Below the pieces are notes generated by a model. It saw nothing but the letters and a program-made list of their open reading frames with translations, did no database searches and had not been told where the DNA came from. The position numbers and the translations under genes are program-made. A stretch of 52,841 nt of DNA from Rhodobacterales bacterium (GTDB lineage: Bacteria; Pseudomonadota; Alphaproteobacteria; Rhodobacterales; Rhodobacteraceae), in contig JANMCI010000126.1 of NCBI GenBank assembly GCA_031361245.1, positions 1 to 52,841 of the forward strand, written 5' to 3'. Below are positions 18,301-28,467 of the stretch, in pieces; the first letter of the stretch is position 1; each line of letters opens with the position of its first letter.

Positions 18301-19659
18301 CTAACGGAAAGCCAGAAGTTGACCTTGTGTGGAAACCACGTACAGCAGTCCTTGCGCAAGTACAGGACCCGACGCAGCGCCGCCTGGAATGGCTACCGAT
18401 CCGGTGAGCGCCCCATTGGTTGGGTCGAATAGGCGAAGGACACCGTCAGAGGAGGCTGTTACCACACGCCCACCAGCCAGAACCGGGCCGAAATGGCTGT
18501 AAATCCGGGATTGTTTCTTGGCTTTCGCATCTGTGAAATTGGGCAGACCAACAGCCCAGATCCGCTCGCCGGTCCCCGCGTCCAGACGAACAAGCCGCGC
18601 CGCGTCGCTCACGACAAAGACTGAACCGCCCACGACAAGAGGCGGGTTCATCGCTCCCTCTTCGGTCGTCCAGAGTCGCTCTCCGGTATCCGCGCTGAAG
18701 GCCCCTGTGCGGCCAGCCTGAGTGCCGACATAGACCGCTCCACCCTGCACAACGGGATCACCAGTGATATCGCCTGAATTGGCGTAAGCGCGGCCCAAAC
18801 GGTTTCCGGTGATTGCAGCCTGCCACAGCCCGGCGCCCGTATCAGTGCTGGCAGCAACCATTACTCCTGCGGAAAACGGGAAGATCACTGTGCCGCCGTT
18901 GACCGCCGGTGCTGCCCCCGTGTCGGATGCCAACACATTCTCGGCGGCAGGCATCGTCCACAAGACCCGGCCCGAGGCCGCATCCAGCGCCCAACCTGTA
19001 CCATCCGTGCTCATGACATAGACTTGCGATCCGGCCAGTGCCGGGGCTCCGGCCGCCGGGGCTCCCAGCCTTTGGCGCCACAGCACTTTGCCCTTTGCTG
19101 CATCAATCGCCAGAACCTCGCCGTAGCCGGTTGTCGCATAGACCCTGCCAGCCGATACTGCCAATCCGCCTCCGGACTGCGCCCCGCCTCGGTCGAATTC
19201 TGCCGTTAGGTCAGCCTGCCACAGCGTCCCGCCTGCGACGGAAACCGCCGTGACTTTGGCCAAAGCGTCCATCGCATAGACCACGCCACCCGATACGACC
19301 GGCGTGGCTGTGATGCGGTTGCGCCGCGAATTCCCGGCTCCGATCGTCGCAGCCCAAACGAGCTGTGGCGCAGACGAAAGTCTGCCATGCGGCCCGTCGT
19401 GCAAAGCGTTGCCACCCCGTTGGCTCCATTCCGCGTTGCTGACCATGCCCGGCAGGGCAATCGCCTGAGCCTGGTTTTCAGGTTCTTCCGCTGCGGCGAC
19501 TGGTAGGGGTTGACCATCAATGGGAATCGAATCTTCCAGCGGCGCTCGTACCGGGAAGCGCTCACCAGGAAGGATCACTTCCTTTTCGCAGGCCGCCAAC
19601 ATGCCCGAGACCAGCCCCAAGACAACCAGCGTTCTCATCCATGATCGCTGCACGCGCAT
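18301..19659 (-). CDS. bamB: PQQ-like beta-propeller lipoprotein (BamB-like)
   Basis: Lipobox LAAC, repeated A.DA.TG..LW blades, located between a YfgM-like gene and der. Exact start uncertain (19659, 19653 or 19638). Confidence 0.75.
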   Translation of the reverse strand: MRVQRSWMRTLVVLGLVSGMLAACEKEVILPGERFPVRAPLEDSIPIDGQPLPVAAAEEPENQAQAIALPGMVSNAEWSQRGGNALHDGPHGRLSSAPQLVWAATIGAGNSRRNRITATPVVSGGVVYAMDALAKVTAVSVAGGTLWQADLTAEFDRGGAQSGGGLAVSAGRVYATTGYGEVLAIDAAKGKVLWRQRLGAPAAGAPALAGSQVYVMSTDGTGWALDAASGRVLWTMPAAENVLASDTGAAPAVNGGTVIFPFSAGVMVAASTDTGAGLWQAAITGNRLGRAYANSGDITGDPVVQGGAVYVGTQAGRTGAFSADTGERLWTTEEGAMNPPLVVGGSVFVVSDAARLVRLDAGTGERIWAVGLPNFTDAKAKKQSRIYSHFGPVLAGGRVVTASSDGVLRLFDPTNGALTGSVAIPGGAASGPVLAQGLLYVVSTQGQLLAFR

Positions 19660-19666
19660 CTCCCGT

Positions 19667-20341
19667 TCAGCCTGCATCGGTCGGTGCCACAACAGTCTGC
19701 TCCGGCACCGTTCCGCCCAACGCTGTGATCATTTGACCCAATCGGCGTCGCATCCCCTGCGGGGCCTCCTGATCCTGGATCAATGCGACCAACGCCGCTA
19801 TTGCCTCTTCCACCTTGCCTTCTTCGATCAAGAGGTAGGCGAGTTGCTCCTCGGCCAGTATGCGAAACGGGCGGCCTGGAATGGCCACGGCCTGCAGGGC
19901 AGCGCGTCGGTCTGCCAGCGGCTGATCAGTGCCCGCCAATGCGACCCGCCGCAACACCGCCAGATCGCGGTAAACCTGAGGCTGGGCAGGATCTGCAATC
20001 AATGCATCCAGTGCGGCGAGGCTGACAGCCTTGTCGCCTTCAGGATTGCCAGAGATCAACAGCGCCTGAAGTGCTTTCTGGTCCGCGTCGGCAGGAAGCG
20101 ACGCCAAAGCGTCCGTACGGCCCGCCACGTCAGCCTTCTCCAATGCCGATAGGGCTGCATCGCCAAAGGTTTCGGCACGCGCCGCCGCGCCGGCTTTTTT
20201 CCACTCGTTATAGGCAGCACCGCCAACAATCAGCACGACAAGCAGAACACCGATCCAGCCGTATTTGCGGAACGCGGCGAACAGACGATCCCGGCGCACG
20301 GCGTCGGTGACTTCGTCCACAAAACTGTCGGGATTGCTCAT
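19667..20341 (-). CDS. YfgM-like TPR membrane protein (DUF2659-like)
   Basis: SFVDEVTDAVRRDR, a single TM helix, helical Ala-rich periplasmic part; synteny with bamB-der. Confidence 0.82.
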   Translation of the reverse strand: MSNPDSFVDEVTDAVRRDRLFAAFRKYGWIGVLLVVLIVGGAAYNEWKKAGAAARAETFGDAALSALEKADVAGRTDALASLPADADQKALQALLISGNPEGDKAVSLAALDALIADPAQPQVYRDLAVLRRVALAGTDQPLADRRAALQAVAIPGRPFRILAEEQLAYLLIEEGKVEEAIAALVALIQDQEAPQGMRRRLGQMITALGGTVPEQTVVAPTDAG

Positions 20342-20424
20342 GAAGGCTCCTGTCTTTGGCCCGTCTTACAGGCAAAGGGCAGCGCTTGCCAAGCCCCGCT
20401 CCAGTTTGCCTTGCCGCGCTTGGG

Positions 20425-22350
20425 TCAGGTCGTCCCAACATGGGTATGGCGATTGTCCTGACGCAGCACACTGAAAGACGGGCGGTCGTCATCGCCATCC
20501 GCAGAAAGGTCAGGGATTGGCGAAACGTCACTCTCACCTGCCGACTGCCGCTCCCACATCGCGGTATAGCGGCCATTCAGCGCCAACAACTCCTCATGGG
20601 TGCCCCGTTCGCGGACGCGGCCATCCTCCAGCACCACGATCAGATCGGCGTCGGCGATGGTTGACAGCCGGTGCGCAATGGTGATGACCGACCGGCCCTG
20701 CCCCATTTCCAGCAAGCTGTCCTGAATGTCGCGCTCGGTCTGGGTGTCCAAGGCGCTTGTCGCCTCGTCCAGGATCAGGATGCGCGGGTTCTTCAACAGC
20801 GTCCGCGCGATGCCGACCCGCTGCTTTTCACCGCCCGACAGTTTCAGCCCGCGCTCACCGACCTTGGCGTTATAGCCGTCCGGCAAGCTGACCACAAAGT
20901 CATGGATCTTGGCCTGACGCGCCGCCTGTTCTACCTCTTCGCGGCTGGCGTCCGGATTGCCATAGGCGATGTTGTAATAAATCGTATCGTTGAACAGCAC
21001 GGTGTCCTGCGGCACCACGCCAATCGCCTGATGCAACGAGCTTTGCGTGACATCGCGGATGTCCTGCCCGTCGATGCGGATGGCACCGCTGGTGATGTCG
21101 TAAAACCGGAACAGCAACCGCCCGATGGTTGACTTGCCCGAGCCCGACGGCCCGACCAGAGCAATCCGCTGCCCCGGCCCGACCCTCACCGAGACGCCCT
21201 TCAGAATCTCGCGATTGGCCTCATATGCAAATTCGACATCCTCGAACACCACTTCGCCCGCAGTCACCTTCAACGCGGTGGCCCCCGGCTTGTCGGTGAT
21301 TTCAGCAGGCTGACCCAACAACCCGAACATCTCACCCATATCGACCAGCGCCTGCCGGATTTCGCGGTAGACGGTGCCCAGAAAGCCCAGCGGCAGCGTG
21401 ATCTGCATCATATAGGCATTGACCATCACGAAATCGCCAACCGTGAACTGCCCCCGCTGCACACCGATGGCCGACATCACCATGACGGCGATCAGTCCTG
21501 TGGTGATGATGACGTTCTGCCCGACGTTCAACAGCGACAGCGATTGGCCGGTGCGCACCGCAAAGCCCTCATAGGCCGCCATGGCGCGGTCATAGCGTGC
21601 GGCTTCCCGTGCTTCGGCGTTGAAATACTTGACGGTTTCATAATTCAGCAGACTGTCGATCGCCTTCTGGTTGGCATCGGTGTCCTGATCATTCATCTGG
21701 CGCCGGATCTTGACCCGCCATTCAGTGACCTTGAACGTATAAGTCACGTAGACGGCAATCGTCGCGATCACGACAACCATGTATTGCCAGCCGAAATACA
21801 GCGCAAAGATCACCGCGACCATCGACAGCTCAAGGATCAGCGGCCCGATCGAAAAAAGCATGAAGCGCAGAAGGAAATCGACGCCCTTGACCCCGCGCTC
21901 GATGATCCGGCTCAGCCCCCCAGTCTTGCGGGTGATGTGATAGCGCATCGACAACTGATGGATGTGTCTGAAGGTCTCCAGCGCCAGTTTGCGCAGCGCC
22001 CTTTGACCGACCCGGACAAAGACCCAGTCCCTCATTTCTGCGAAGAACACCGTGCCCATCCGCGCCAGCCCGTAGGCCACCGTCAGCCCCACCGCCCCGA
22101 TCAACAGAAACGTCGCCGGATCGTCCGCCTTCAGCGTCAGCGCATCGACCGCCCGTTTGTAAAGGTATGGCGTCGAGACCGAGACCACCTTGGAAATCAA
22201 AAGCAGGACGAGTGCCGCCATGACCCGACGCTTGACCCAGCCTTCGCCTGTCGGCCATAGATAGGGCCCGATGCGTTTCAGTGTCTGCCATCCACTGGCA
22301 GGCGCTTTGACAAGATCGGCGGTGGTGGCGGTGGTGGTCACTCGGCGCAT
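20425..22350 (-). CDS. ABCB-family half transporter, Atm1/ABCB7-like
   Basis: TM domain with DSLLNYETVKYF and LGTVYREIRQ; Walker A GPSGSGKS, signature LSGGEKQR, Walker B LILDE. Confidence 0.93.
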   Translation of the reverse strand: MRRVTTTATTADLVKAPASGWQTLKRIGPYLWPTGEGWVKRRVMAALVLLLISKVVSVSTPYLYKRAVDALTLKADDPATFLLIGAVGLTVAYGLARMGTVFFAEMRDWVFVRVGQRALRKLALETFRHIHQLSMRYHITRKTGGLSRIIERGVKGVDFLLRFMLFSIGPLILELSMVAVIFALYFGWQYMVVVIATIAVYVTYTFKVTEWRVKIRRQMNDQDTDANQKAIDSLLNYETVKYFNAEAREAARYDRAMAAYEGFAVRTGQSLSLLNVGQNVIITTGLIAVMVMSAIGVQRGQFTVGDFVMVNAYMMQITLPLGFLGTVYREIRQALVDMGEMFGLLGQPAEITDKPGATALKVTAGEVVFEDVEFAYEANREILKGVSVRVGPGQRIALVGPSGSGKSTIGRLLFRFYDITSGAIRIDGQDIRDVTQSSLHQAIGVVPQDTVLFNDTIYYNIAYGNPDASREEVEQAARQAKIHDFVVSLPDGYNAKVGERGLKLSGGEKQRVGIARTLLKNPRILILDEATSALDTQTERDIQDSLLEMGQGRSVITIAHRLSTIADADLIVVLEDGRVRERGTHEELLALNGRYTAMWERQSAGESDVSPIPDLSADGDDDRPSFSVLRQDNRHTHVGTT

Positions 22351-22411
22351 GGAGGCTCGCTTTTGGTTCGCAAAGGTTGATTTGCTCAGACCTATGCACT
22401 ATCAGTCATAA

Positions 22412-22435
22412 TTCAACGGTTCGTGAGTAGTTGAA
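22412..22435. promoter_or_regulatory. Probable ArsR operator
   Basis: Inverted repeat TTCAAC-N12-GTTGAA ending 2 bp before the arsR ATG; CATAAT -10-like hexamer at 22407-22412. Confidence 0.6.
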
Positions 22436-22437
22436 GC

Positions 22438-22785
22438 ATGCTACAAAGTAAAGTCCTGTCCGCCTTGTCCGCGCTGGCCCATGAAGCCAGACTGGATCTT
22501 GTGCGACTTCTGATGCCACATGGCGACCAAGGACTGACAGCAGGCGAGATTGCCCGGCACCTTGGGCATTCAGCGTCACGCCTGTCGTTCCACTTGGCTG
22601 CTCTGGAACAGGCCGGCCTTTTGCGTTCGCGCAAGGTGGCGCGGAATGTCTTTTATTCCGTTGATCCTGAAGGAATAGGCGGCACGATTTCCTATCTGCT
22701 GAACGACTGCTGCGGCGACCATCCCCGCATCATGGCCTGTTGCCAAAAGCCGCGGCAACTTAGTCCGGCGCAGACCGAAAACTGA
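22438..22785 (+). CDS. arsR: ArsR/SmtB family transcriptional repressor
   Basis: LSALAHEARL, GEIA..LSFHLAALEQAGLL, C-terminal LLNDCCGDHPRIMACC (vicinal cysteines). Confidence 0.9.
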   Translation: MLQSKVLSALSALAHEARLDLVRLLMPHGDQGLTAGEIARHLGHSASRLSFHLAALEQAGLLRSRKVARNVFYSVDPEGIGGTISYLLNDCCGDHPRIMACCQKPRQLSPAQTEN

Positions 22786-22787
22786 TC

Positions 22788-24428
22788 TTAGTCTCCGGTC
22801 GGGATCGTAAAGATCTGGCCCGGATAAATCAGATCCGGGTTTCTGATCTTGTCGCGGTTGGCCTCATACAACTGCACATACAGCACGCCTTCACCGAAAT
22901 TCTGCTTAGCAATGCCCCAAAGGGTGAAACCCGGCTGAACCGTGACGGTCACCTGCGCCGGGGGCGCCGCTTCTGATGTGCCGGTTTCAGTCGCCGTTGT
23001 GGTCGAAGCTGATCCTGTGGTGTCGGTTGCTGAAGGTGCAACTGTGCTCGTTGCGTCATTCGCGGCCACATCAGCGGCGTTCTCAACTGTTCCGGCCGCA
23101 TCCGAAGCAGTGGTCGCGTCCGACGCCGCCGCGTCAGTTGGGCTTTTCGTTTCGGCTGTCACGTCTGCCGCGTTGGCCGTTTCCTCTGCGGTCGCCGTGC
23201 CCGTCGCCTCGGTTTCCGTTTTGGCCACCATGGCCTCGGGCGCCTCGCCATCCGCGTCCTTATCGACAGTTGCGGCAGAGGTACCTGCGTCTGCAGACGT
23301 TGCGTCGGTTGCCGCAGCGGTTTCTGTCGGAGGTGCGGATGCGCTTGCGGCAGGAGCCTCCGCCGCGACATTTGCACCCGTGCCTTCCGAAACTGCAGCG
23401 GCGAGTGCCTCAGGTGTCTCGCGTTTGAATGGCGTCTCGAAACGCGATGTCACCTTGCCACTTGCATCCAGTTGATCAACGCGCAGCGTGTAGATCTTGG
23501 GCTCGATCCCTGTCAGCGTGGTGGTCCAAGTTCCATCTTCCCCAATCTCGGTTGCCTCTCCAAGGGGCGAGTTGTCAAGGTAGAGCCGGACGAAATTCCC
23601 GGCGGTTCCTTTGCCCCCGAATTGCACTTCGGCCGGTGACAGATACGCGATCAGGTCAAGACTGACGTTGGCTGCGACATCAGCGGGAACCTCGCTGCCG
23701 CTCTGCAAGACCTTCACGCCCTCATCGGTCACGGAAAGGGCTGTCGGTGCCACCTCGGTTGCCGGCTCTGTCGCAGACGGCACCGCGTCGGAGTTTTCAG
23801 TTTCAGCCACTTGAGGCGCAGCAATCGCAGCCACGGCAATTTGGCCCTCGCCCGCGATTTCGCTGCCGTCCGGCATCGTGGCGCTGAATGTCATCAGCCG
23901 CCCGGCGTCGCCCGGCGGCAGCGAGAACATTGCAACAAACTTGCCGTTTCCGTCTGCTGTGGCGATGGCAACCTCCGCCCCGCCCATTGTCATGGCAACA
24001 ACGGCACCGGGTGCGGCCTGTCCCGCGACAAGTGCAGTGCCATCCGGTTCGATTCGCGTCACGTCTATGCTCGGCGCAACAGGGCTTTCTGCGGCAGGGA
24101 CTTGCGGGACGTTGGCCGCTTGTTCTGTCTGAGACGTTGCTTCTGTTGTCGTGTTTTCGGAAGGCTTGGTTGTCTCGACAACTCCAGTTTCAGGCTCCGT
24201 CGTCGTAGTCTCTTCAGTTTGTACCGGTGCAGCCTCGACCATCGGCGGCGACGCCGCCACGGATTTGCCTTCGTCTATTGCAGCCGTTTCACTCGGTTTC
24301 GCTTCGATCGGCACCGGCGCAGATTGGGTGGCCTGCCACCATGCGTAGCCACCGCCACCCAACAGCAGCGCTATGACAGCCACCGCCGAGGCTTTTGCCC
24401 CAGCGTTCAATTCCGACCAAGATGCCAT
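22788..24428 (-). CDS. LysM peptidoglycan-binding protein with Ig-like domains and Ala/Thr/Glu-rich linkers
   Basis: N-terminal TM; [20 protein letters not shown]; C-terminal [13 protein letters not shown]...[17 protein letters not shown]. Confidence 0.92.
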   Translation of the reverse strand: MASWSELNAGAKASAVAVIALLLGGGGYAWWQATQSAPVPIEAKPSETAAIDEGKSVAASPPMVEAAPVQTEETTTTEPETGVVETTKPSENTTTEATSQTEQAANVPQVPAAESPVAPSIDVTRIEPDGTALVAGQAAPGAVVAMTMGGAEVAIATADGNGKFVAMFSLPPGDAGRLMTFSATMPDGSEIAGEGQIAVAAIAAPQVAETENSDAVPSATEPATEVAPTALSVTDEGVKVLQSGSEVPADVAANVSLDLIAYLSPAEVQFGGKGTAGNFVRLYLDNSPLGEATEIGEDGTWTTTLTGIEPKIYTLRVDQLDASGKVTSRFETPFKRETPEALAAAVSEGTGANVAAEAPAASASAPPTETAAATDATSADAGTSAATVDKDADGEAPEAMVAKTETEATGTATAEETANAADVTAETKSPTDAAASDATTASDAAGTVENAADVAANDATSTVAPSATDTTGSASTTTATETGTSEAAPPAQVTVTVQPGFTLWGIAKQNFGEGVLYVQLYEANRDKIRNPDLIYPGQIFTIPTGD

Positions 24429-24549
24429 TCGTCTTCCCCCGACGTCTGCCCAATACGGGCTCGGGGCCTGTTCCCGGCCCCTGCTTTCCTTCCGACAGAA
24501 ACCCCGATATCACGCCCAAGCGCAACTGCTTTTCACGGATTCATAGCCA

Positions 24550-25122
24550 ATGACATCTCTTCCTTCGCTCTGTGTGTTCTGCGGCGCGCGCTTGGGCAAT
24601 TCTCCCGCCTATCCGCAAGCCGCTCGCGACCTAGGCGTGTTGTTGGCCAAACTCGGCTGGCGGCTGGTGTACGGCGCAGGTGATGTCGGACTGATGGGCG
24701 AAGTTGCCCGTTCCGCGCAAGTAGCCGGGGCCACCACATTGGGTGTCATTCCGACCCATCTCATGCAGATGGAAGTCGGCAAACGTGACCTGTCGACCCT
24801 GATCATCACCGAAAACATGCATGAACGTAAAAAGGTGATGTTCATGAACTCTGATGCGATTGCCGTGTTGCCTGGTGGGGCCGGGTCGCTGGATGAGTTC
24901 TTTGAAGTCCTGACCTGGGCCCAGATCGGTCTGCATCGCAAGCCGATCTTCCTGATGGATATTGCCGGCTTCTGGCAACCGCTGATCGCCCTTGTCGATC
25001 ACACGATAGCACAGGGATTTGCCGACGCCTCGCTGAAGGGTCAGTTCACCGTGATGTCCACTGTGGCGGAATTGGAACCTGCCCTTCGCCTGATGTCCTC
25101 GCGCCAGACTGCAGCTATATAG
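24550..25122 (+). CDS. LOG family nucleotide phosphoribohydrolase (TIGR00730)
   Basis: CVFCGAR, LVYGAGDVGLMG, MHERKKVM, PGGAGSLDE. Confidence 0.94.
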   Translation: MTSLPSLCVFCGARLGNSPAYPQAARDLGVLLAKLGWRLVYGAGDVGLMGEVARSAQVAGATTLGVIPTHLMQMEVGKRDLSTLIITENMHERKKVMFMNSDAIAVLPGGAGSLDEFFEVLTWAQIGLHRKPIFLMDIAGFWQPLIALVDHTIAQGFADASLKGQFTVMSTVAELEPALRLMSSRQTAAI

Positions 25123-25967
25123 AGCGCAAGCGCCGCCCAGATCATCGCAAGGGCAACGCTGTGCCAAATCGTTATGGTCTCTCCCATGACGATGATTGCG
25201 GACAATAGCTGCAACGTCGGGTTCAGATATTGTACCAGCCCAGACGTCACCAGCCGCACCCGCCGGGCTCCATAAGAAAAAAGGATCAGCGGACCACCGC
25301 TGATCACGCCCGCCAAGGGCAGGACCAGACTGTGCAATCCGTCCCGCAGAAACCAGCCGTAGTCGGTTCCGGCGCGCCCCAACGCCGCCCAAACCAGCAC
25401 CCCAACCGCGATCGGCGATATCAGCAGAACCTCCACCGTCACCGAGACCACAGCGCTGGTCGCCATCCCCTTCTTCACAGCGGCATAGGCCGAAAAACTT
25501 CCGGCCAGCGACAGAGCTATCCAAGGCGCGACCCCAAGGCCGATCGTAAGGATCAATACCGCAAGTGCCGCCAGTGCAACAGCTGCCATTTGCGCAGCCA
25601 ACGGTCGTTCGTGAAACATTACGACGCCAACAATCACGGACATCAGCGGGAAGATGTAATAGCCAAGGCTTGCCTCAACCGCATGGGCCGAGGATATGGC
25701 CCAGATGAACAAGAACCAATTCACTGAAATCAGAGCCGACGACATCAGGACACGGCCCCGCTCAGGCCCGCGCCACAGAGCTACCACCTCACCGAACCTG
25801 CCCTGCACCACAAGAAGCAAACTGAACGACAAGGCCGTCCAGATCGTCCGATGCGCCATCATTTCAAGCGCGGGTACGTGAGCCAGGAAATGGTAGTACA
25901 ACGTTGCCAGTCCCCAGATCGAGCAGGCCGCAATGATCGCGGCCACACCCTTCTGCGGCTCGCTCAT
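25041..25967 (-). CDS. rarD: EamA-family transporter RarD
   Basis: NWFLFIWA..AVEASLGYYIFPL and GLVQYLNPTLQLL; 10 hydrophobic helices. ATGA overlap with the upstream gene. Confidence 0.9.
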   Translation of the reverse strand: MSEPQKGVAAIIAACSIWGLATLYYHFLAHVPALEMMAHRTIWTALSFSLLLVVQGRFGEVVALWRGPERGRVLMSSALISVNWFLFIWAISSAHAVEASLGYYIFPLMSVIVGVVMFHERPLAAQMAAVALAALAVLILTIGLGVAPWIALSLAGSFSAYAAVKKGMATSAVVSVTVEVLLISPIAVGVLVWAALGRAGTDYGWFLRDGLHSLVLPLAGVISGGPLILFSYGARRVRLVTSGLVQYLNPTLQLLSAIIVMGETITIWHSVALAMIWAALALYIAAVWREDIRRRAGSNSATVDITVN

Positions 25968-26860
25968 GACAGATCGACCACAGTGATCTCGGGCGGCACG
26001 CCAAACCGGACCGGCATTACAGAACAGCCAAGTCCGCCCGACACGACCAGATCCTTCCGGCCCTCGCGAATCCAGCCATAGGCAAACCGGTCGCCAAATT
26101 GCGACGGCACGACGGGTGCCCATGGCCCAAGGCGCACCTGCCCGCCATGAGTGTGACCAGAAAGCGTTAGCCCGACACGGTCAGGAACCTGAACGAAGAT
26201 GTCCGGCTCATGGGCCATCAGGATCGCTGGCGCATCGTCGGCCAATTGGGCCAACGTGCCCGGCAAGTCCGACATGCCTTTCCAGTCATGCCGCCGACCA
26301 AATCCCTGGAACGCAGATTGGCTGTCCAGCCCAGCCAGCCAGAACGCTTCCGCACCCGCCGCGATCTTGACGGCCCTGTTGGCAAGGACCGGGATTCCAG
26401 CCCGCTCCAGCACAGTTTGCGTGTGAATGGGACCGTTTGTCCGACCGAAAGTCCTGAGGTGATCCCGCCAGTCATGGTTGCCCAGCACCGCGTAAACCCC
26501 ATGCGGGGCCTTGAGCCCTACCAGAATGTCCGCCGAAACCTCAATCGGCACTTTCTGGGTCTGAAATGGATGTGTGGCGCGATAATCCCCCATCAGCAGG
26601 ATTAGATCGCCGTCCTGGGCATTTGCCAGATCTACGGCCTGCTGTACGCGCTCCTCTGCCATGTTCGGACCGCCAGCATGCAGGTCCGCAACCATGACCA
26701 GCCGCAACTTGCGACCGCGCGGCCAGTTTGGTGGCTGAAGCGCCCAGTTCTGGACCCGCATCAAGAGATCCGGCTCGACATAGCCGCCGTAACCACCAGC
26801 CAAAAGGCCTGTCAGGGTTGTCCCCAACAGGCCTTTGACCAAATGTCGGCGCGTGATCAC
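25964..26860 (-). CDS. Calcineurin-like metallophosphoesterase (YkuE/YaeI-like)
   Basis: ADLH, GDY, LGNHD, AHEPD, SGHTHGGQ; N-terminal TRRHL twin-arginine-like signal. Confidence 0.92.
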   Translation of the reverse strand: MITRRHLVKGLLGTTLTGLLAGGYGGYVEPDLLMRVQNWALQPPNWPRGRKLRLVMVADLHAGGPNMAEERVQQAVDLANAQDGDLILLMGDYRATHPFQTQKVPIEVSADILVGLKAPHGVYAVLGNHDWRDHLRTFGRTNGPIHTQTVLERAGIPVLANRAVKIAAGAEAFWLAGLDSQSAFQGFGRRHDWKGMSDLPGTLAQLADDAPAILMAHEPDIFVQVPDRVGLTLSGHTHGGQVRLGPWAPVVPSQFGDRFAYGWIREGRKDLVVSGGLGCSVMPVRFGVPPEITVVDLS

Positions 26861-27460
26861 TCAAACACGGGCAGCAACAGCTTCCCAGTTCACCAGCTTG
26901 TCCAGAAAGTTCGCCAGATAGGCCGGACGCTTGTTGCGGAAGTCGATGTAATAGGAATGTTCCCACACATCACAACCCAGCAGGGCCTTCTGACCAAAGC
27001 ACAGCGGGTTCACGCCGTTCTCGGTCTTGGTGATCTTCATTGCACCTGACGCATCCTTGACCAGCCATGCCCAGCCCGAGCCAAACTGACCAGCGCCAGC
27101 AGCGGCGAAATCTTCCTTGAACTTGGCCACCGAACCAAAGGCCTCGGTCAGCGCTTTTTCAAGGCTGCCCGGCATCGCCTTGCCGCCCGGCCCCATCACT
27201 TCCCAGAACAGGTTGTGGTTCCAATGCTGGCTGGCGTTGTTAAAGATGCCATTCTGCGCAACGGCACCGGCCTGATAGGTACCCTTGACGATGTCTTCGA
27301 GGCTCTTGCTCTCCCACTCGGTCCCGGCGATCAGCTTGTTGCCGTTATCGACATAGGCCTTGTGGTGCAGGTCGTGATGGAACTCCAGCGTTTCGCGTGA
27401 CATGCCAAGCGGCGCAAGGGCGTCATGTGCATAGGGAAGTTCAGGAAGGGTGAAAGCCAT
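26861..27460 (-). CDS. sodB: Superoxide dismutase (Fe/Mn family, Fe-type)
   Basis: MAFTLPELPY, HHDLHH, NNASQHWNH, QFGSGWAWL, DVWEHSYY. Confidence 0.96.
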   Translation of the reverse strand: MAFTLPELPYAHDALAPLGMSRETLEFHHDLHHKAYVDNGNKLIAGTEWESKSLEDIVKGTYQAGAVAQNGIFNNASQHWNHNLFWEVMGPGGKAMPGSLEKALTEAFGSVAKFKEDFAAAGAGQFGSGWAWLVKDASGAMKITKTENGVNPLCFGQKALLGCDVWEHSYYIDFRNKRPAYLANFLDKLVNWEAVAARV

Positions 27461-27571
27461 TTTGGTTGTCCTTTTGGGGTAATGTTCGCTGCCCGCCAAT
27501 AAGCGACCAACCTCCGGGAAGGTCAAGGGCCGGACGAAGGGGAATGGTCCGACTGGCCCGGGTGCCGCCGA

Positions 27572-27982
27572 TCAACCCTTGTACGGCGCGCACACCCCGA
27601 TGGCGCTGTACACATTGCCATAGCCGATCGGGCGCGCCGTGACATGCAGCTCTTTGAGGTTGATGATCAGCGATCCCTGATATTGCATCTTGGCGCGCTG
27701 ACCTTGAGAGTTGACCATCTGAACCGACCAGCCGAAGCTGATGTTGTTCGCCCTTTGACTGGAGATCTTGGCGACGACCGGCTGTTCCTTGTTAAAATGG
27801 GCAATGATGCCATCGTAAACCTGCATCGACTTTGCAGCTTCATCGTAAATCAGGATGATTTCCGGCGCGATCGACCCATTTTGGTTCTGCCCCGTCCGCA
27901 TAACACATTTTTGGACGTCGGCGATTGCTTGTCCGCTCAAGGAAATGGTAATTCCGATAAATATCCCTATGAAGTTTCGCAT
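27572..27982 (-). CDS. Hypothetical exported protein (136 aa)
   Basis: AGAGGA RBS; signal peptide MRNFIGIFIGITISLSGQAIA; one Cys near each end of the mature chain. Confidence 0.75.
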   Translation of the reverse strand: MRNFIGIFIGITISLSGQAIADVQKCVMRTGQNQNGSIAPEIILIYDEAAKSMQVYDGIIAHFNKEQPVVAKISSQRANNISFGWSVQMVNSQGQRAKMQYQGSLIINLKELHVTARPIGYGNVYSAIGVCAPYKG

Positions 27983-28418
27983 GTTGTTTCCTCTTCCTTC
28001 CCACTCCATCATGACTACGGTAGTGTCAGGCAACTCATCCACATGCTCTGACTTTTTGCCCATGCCTGAACCCACGGGCGTGCAAAAACCATAGCGGATC
28101 CTTCAATTCTGTGGTGCCTCTTCCTCGTCAACAAGGATTGCGCTTGCTCCAGCGGCTGGCCCACGCCAAGCGGCACTCGATCGGCACATTCGATCCCGGG
28201 AATTCAGGGGCTCCTAGAAACCGGCGAAACGCCGTGGGCACGAAAAAGGGCCATGGCAAATCCATTCTTGATCATCCGCGAGAATGCGCCCCTGATCAAC
28301 CCGCATTTTACGGTTTCCTGTTGCAGGTTATGACCCGCATTTGTCATGCCTATCCGTTGACCAGGTAAAGCTTGGCGGTCGTCTGGAAATTGGTTAATTT
28401 ATCCCTACCTGAAATCAC

Positions 28419-28431
28419 CAAGTATTTGATA
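28419..28431. promoter_or_regulatory. IHF consensus match
   Basis: CAA-GTAT-TTGATA fits YAANNNNTTGATW. Confidence 0.4.
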
Positions 28432-28440
28432 TCTAACCAT

Positions 28441-28466
28441 TTCAAAAAGTGTCCACACGTGGACAC
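28441..28466 (-). terminator. Hairpin plus U-tract directly after soxG (copy 1 of the dispersed element)
   Basis: Minus strand TGA-C-GTGTCCAC-GT-GTGGACAC-TTTTTGAA. Confidence 0.65.
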
Positions 28467-28467
28467 G

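Noticed and set aside
22960-23400. Repetitive-looking DNA in the LysM gene as a CRISPR or DNA repeat array
   Set aside because: It is an Ala/Thr/Asp-rich coding linker with no constant repeat-spacer unit. No cas genes are present in the window.
28111-28368. 85-aa ORF in the sodB-soxG gap
   Set aside because: No RBS, atypical composition and no motif.
28449-28466. GTGTCCACA as a DnaA box or oriC
   Set aside because: Only a partial match, there is no box cluster, and it is better explained as the hairpin after the soxG stop.
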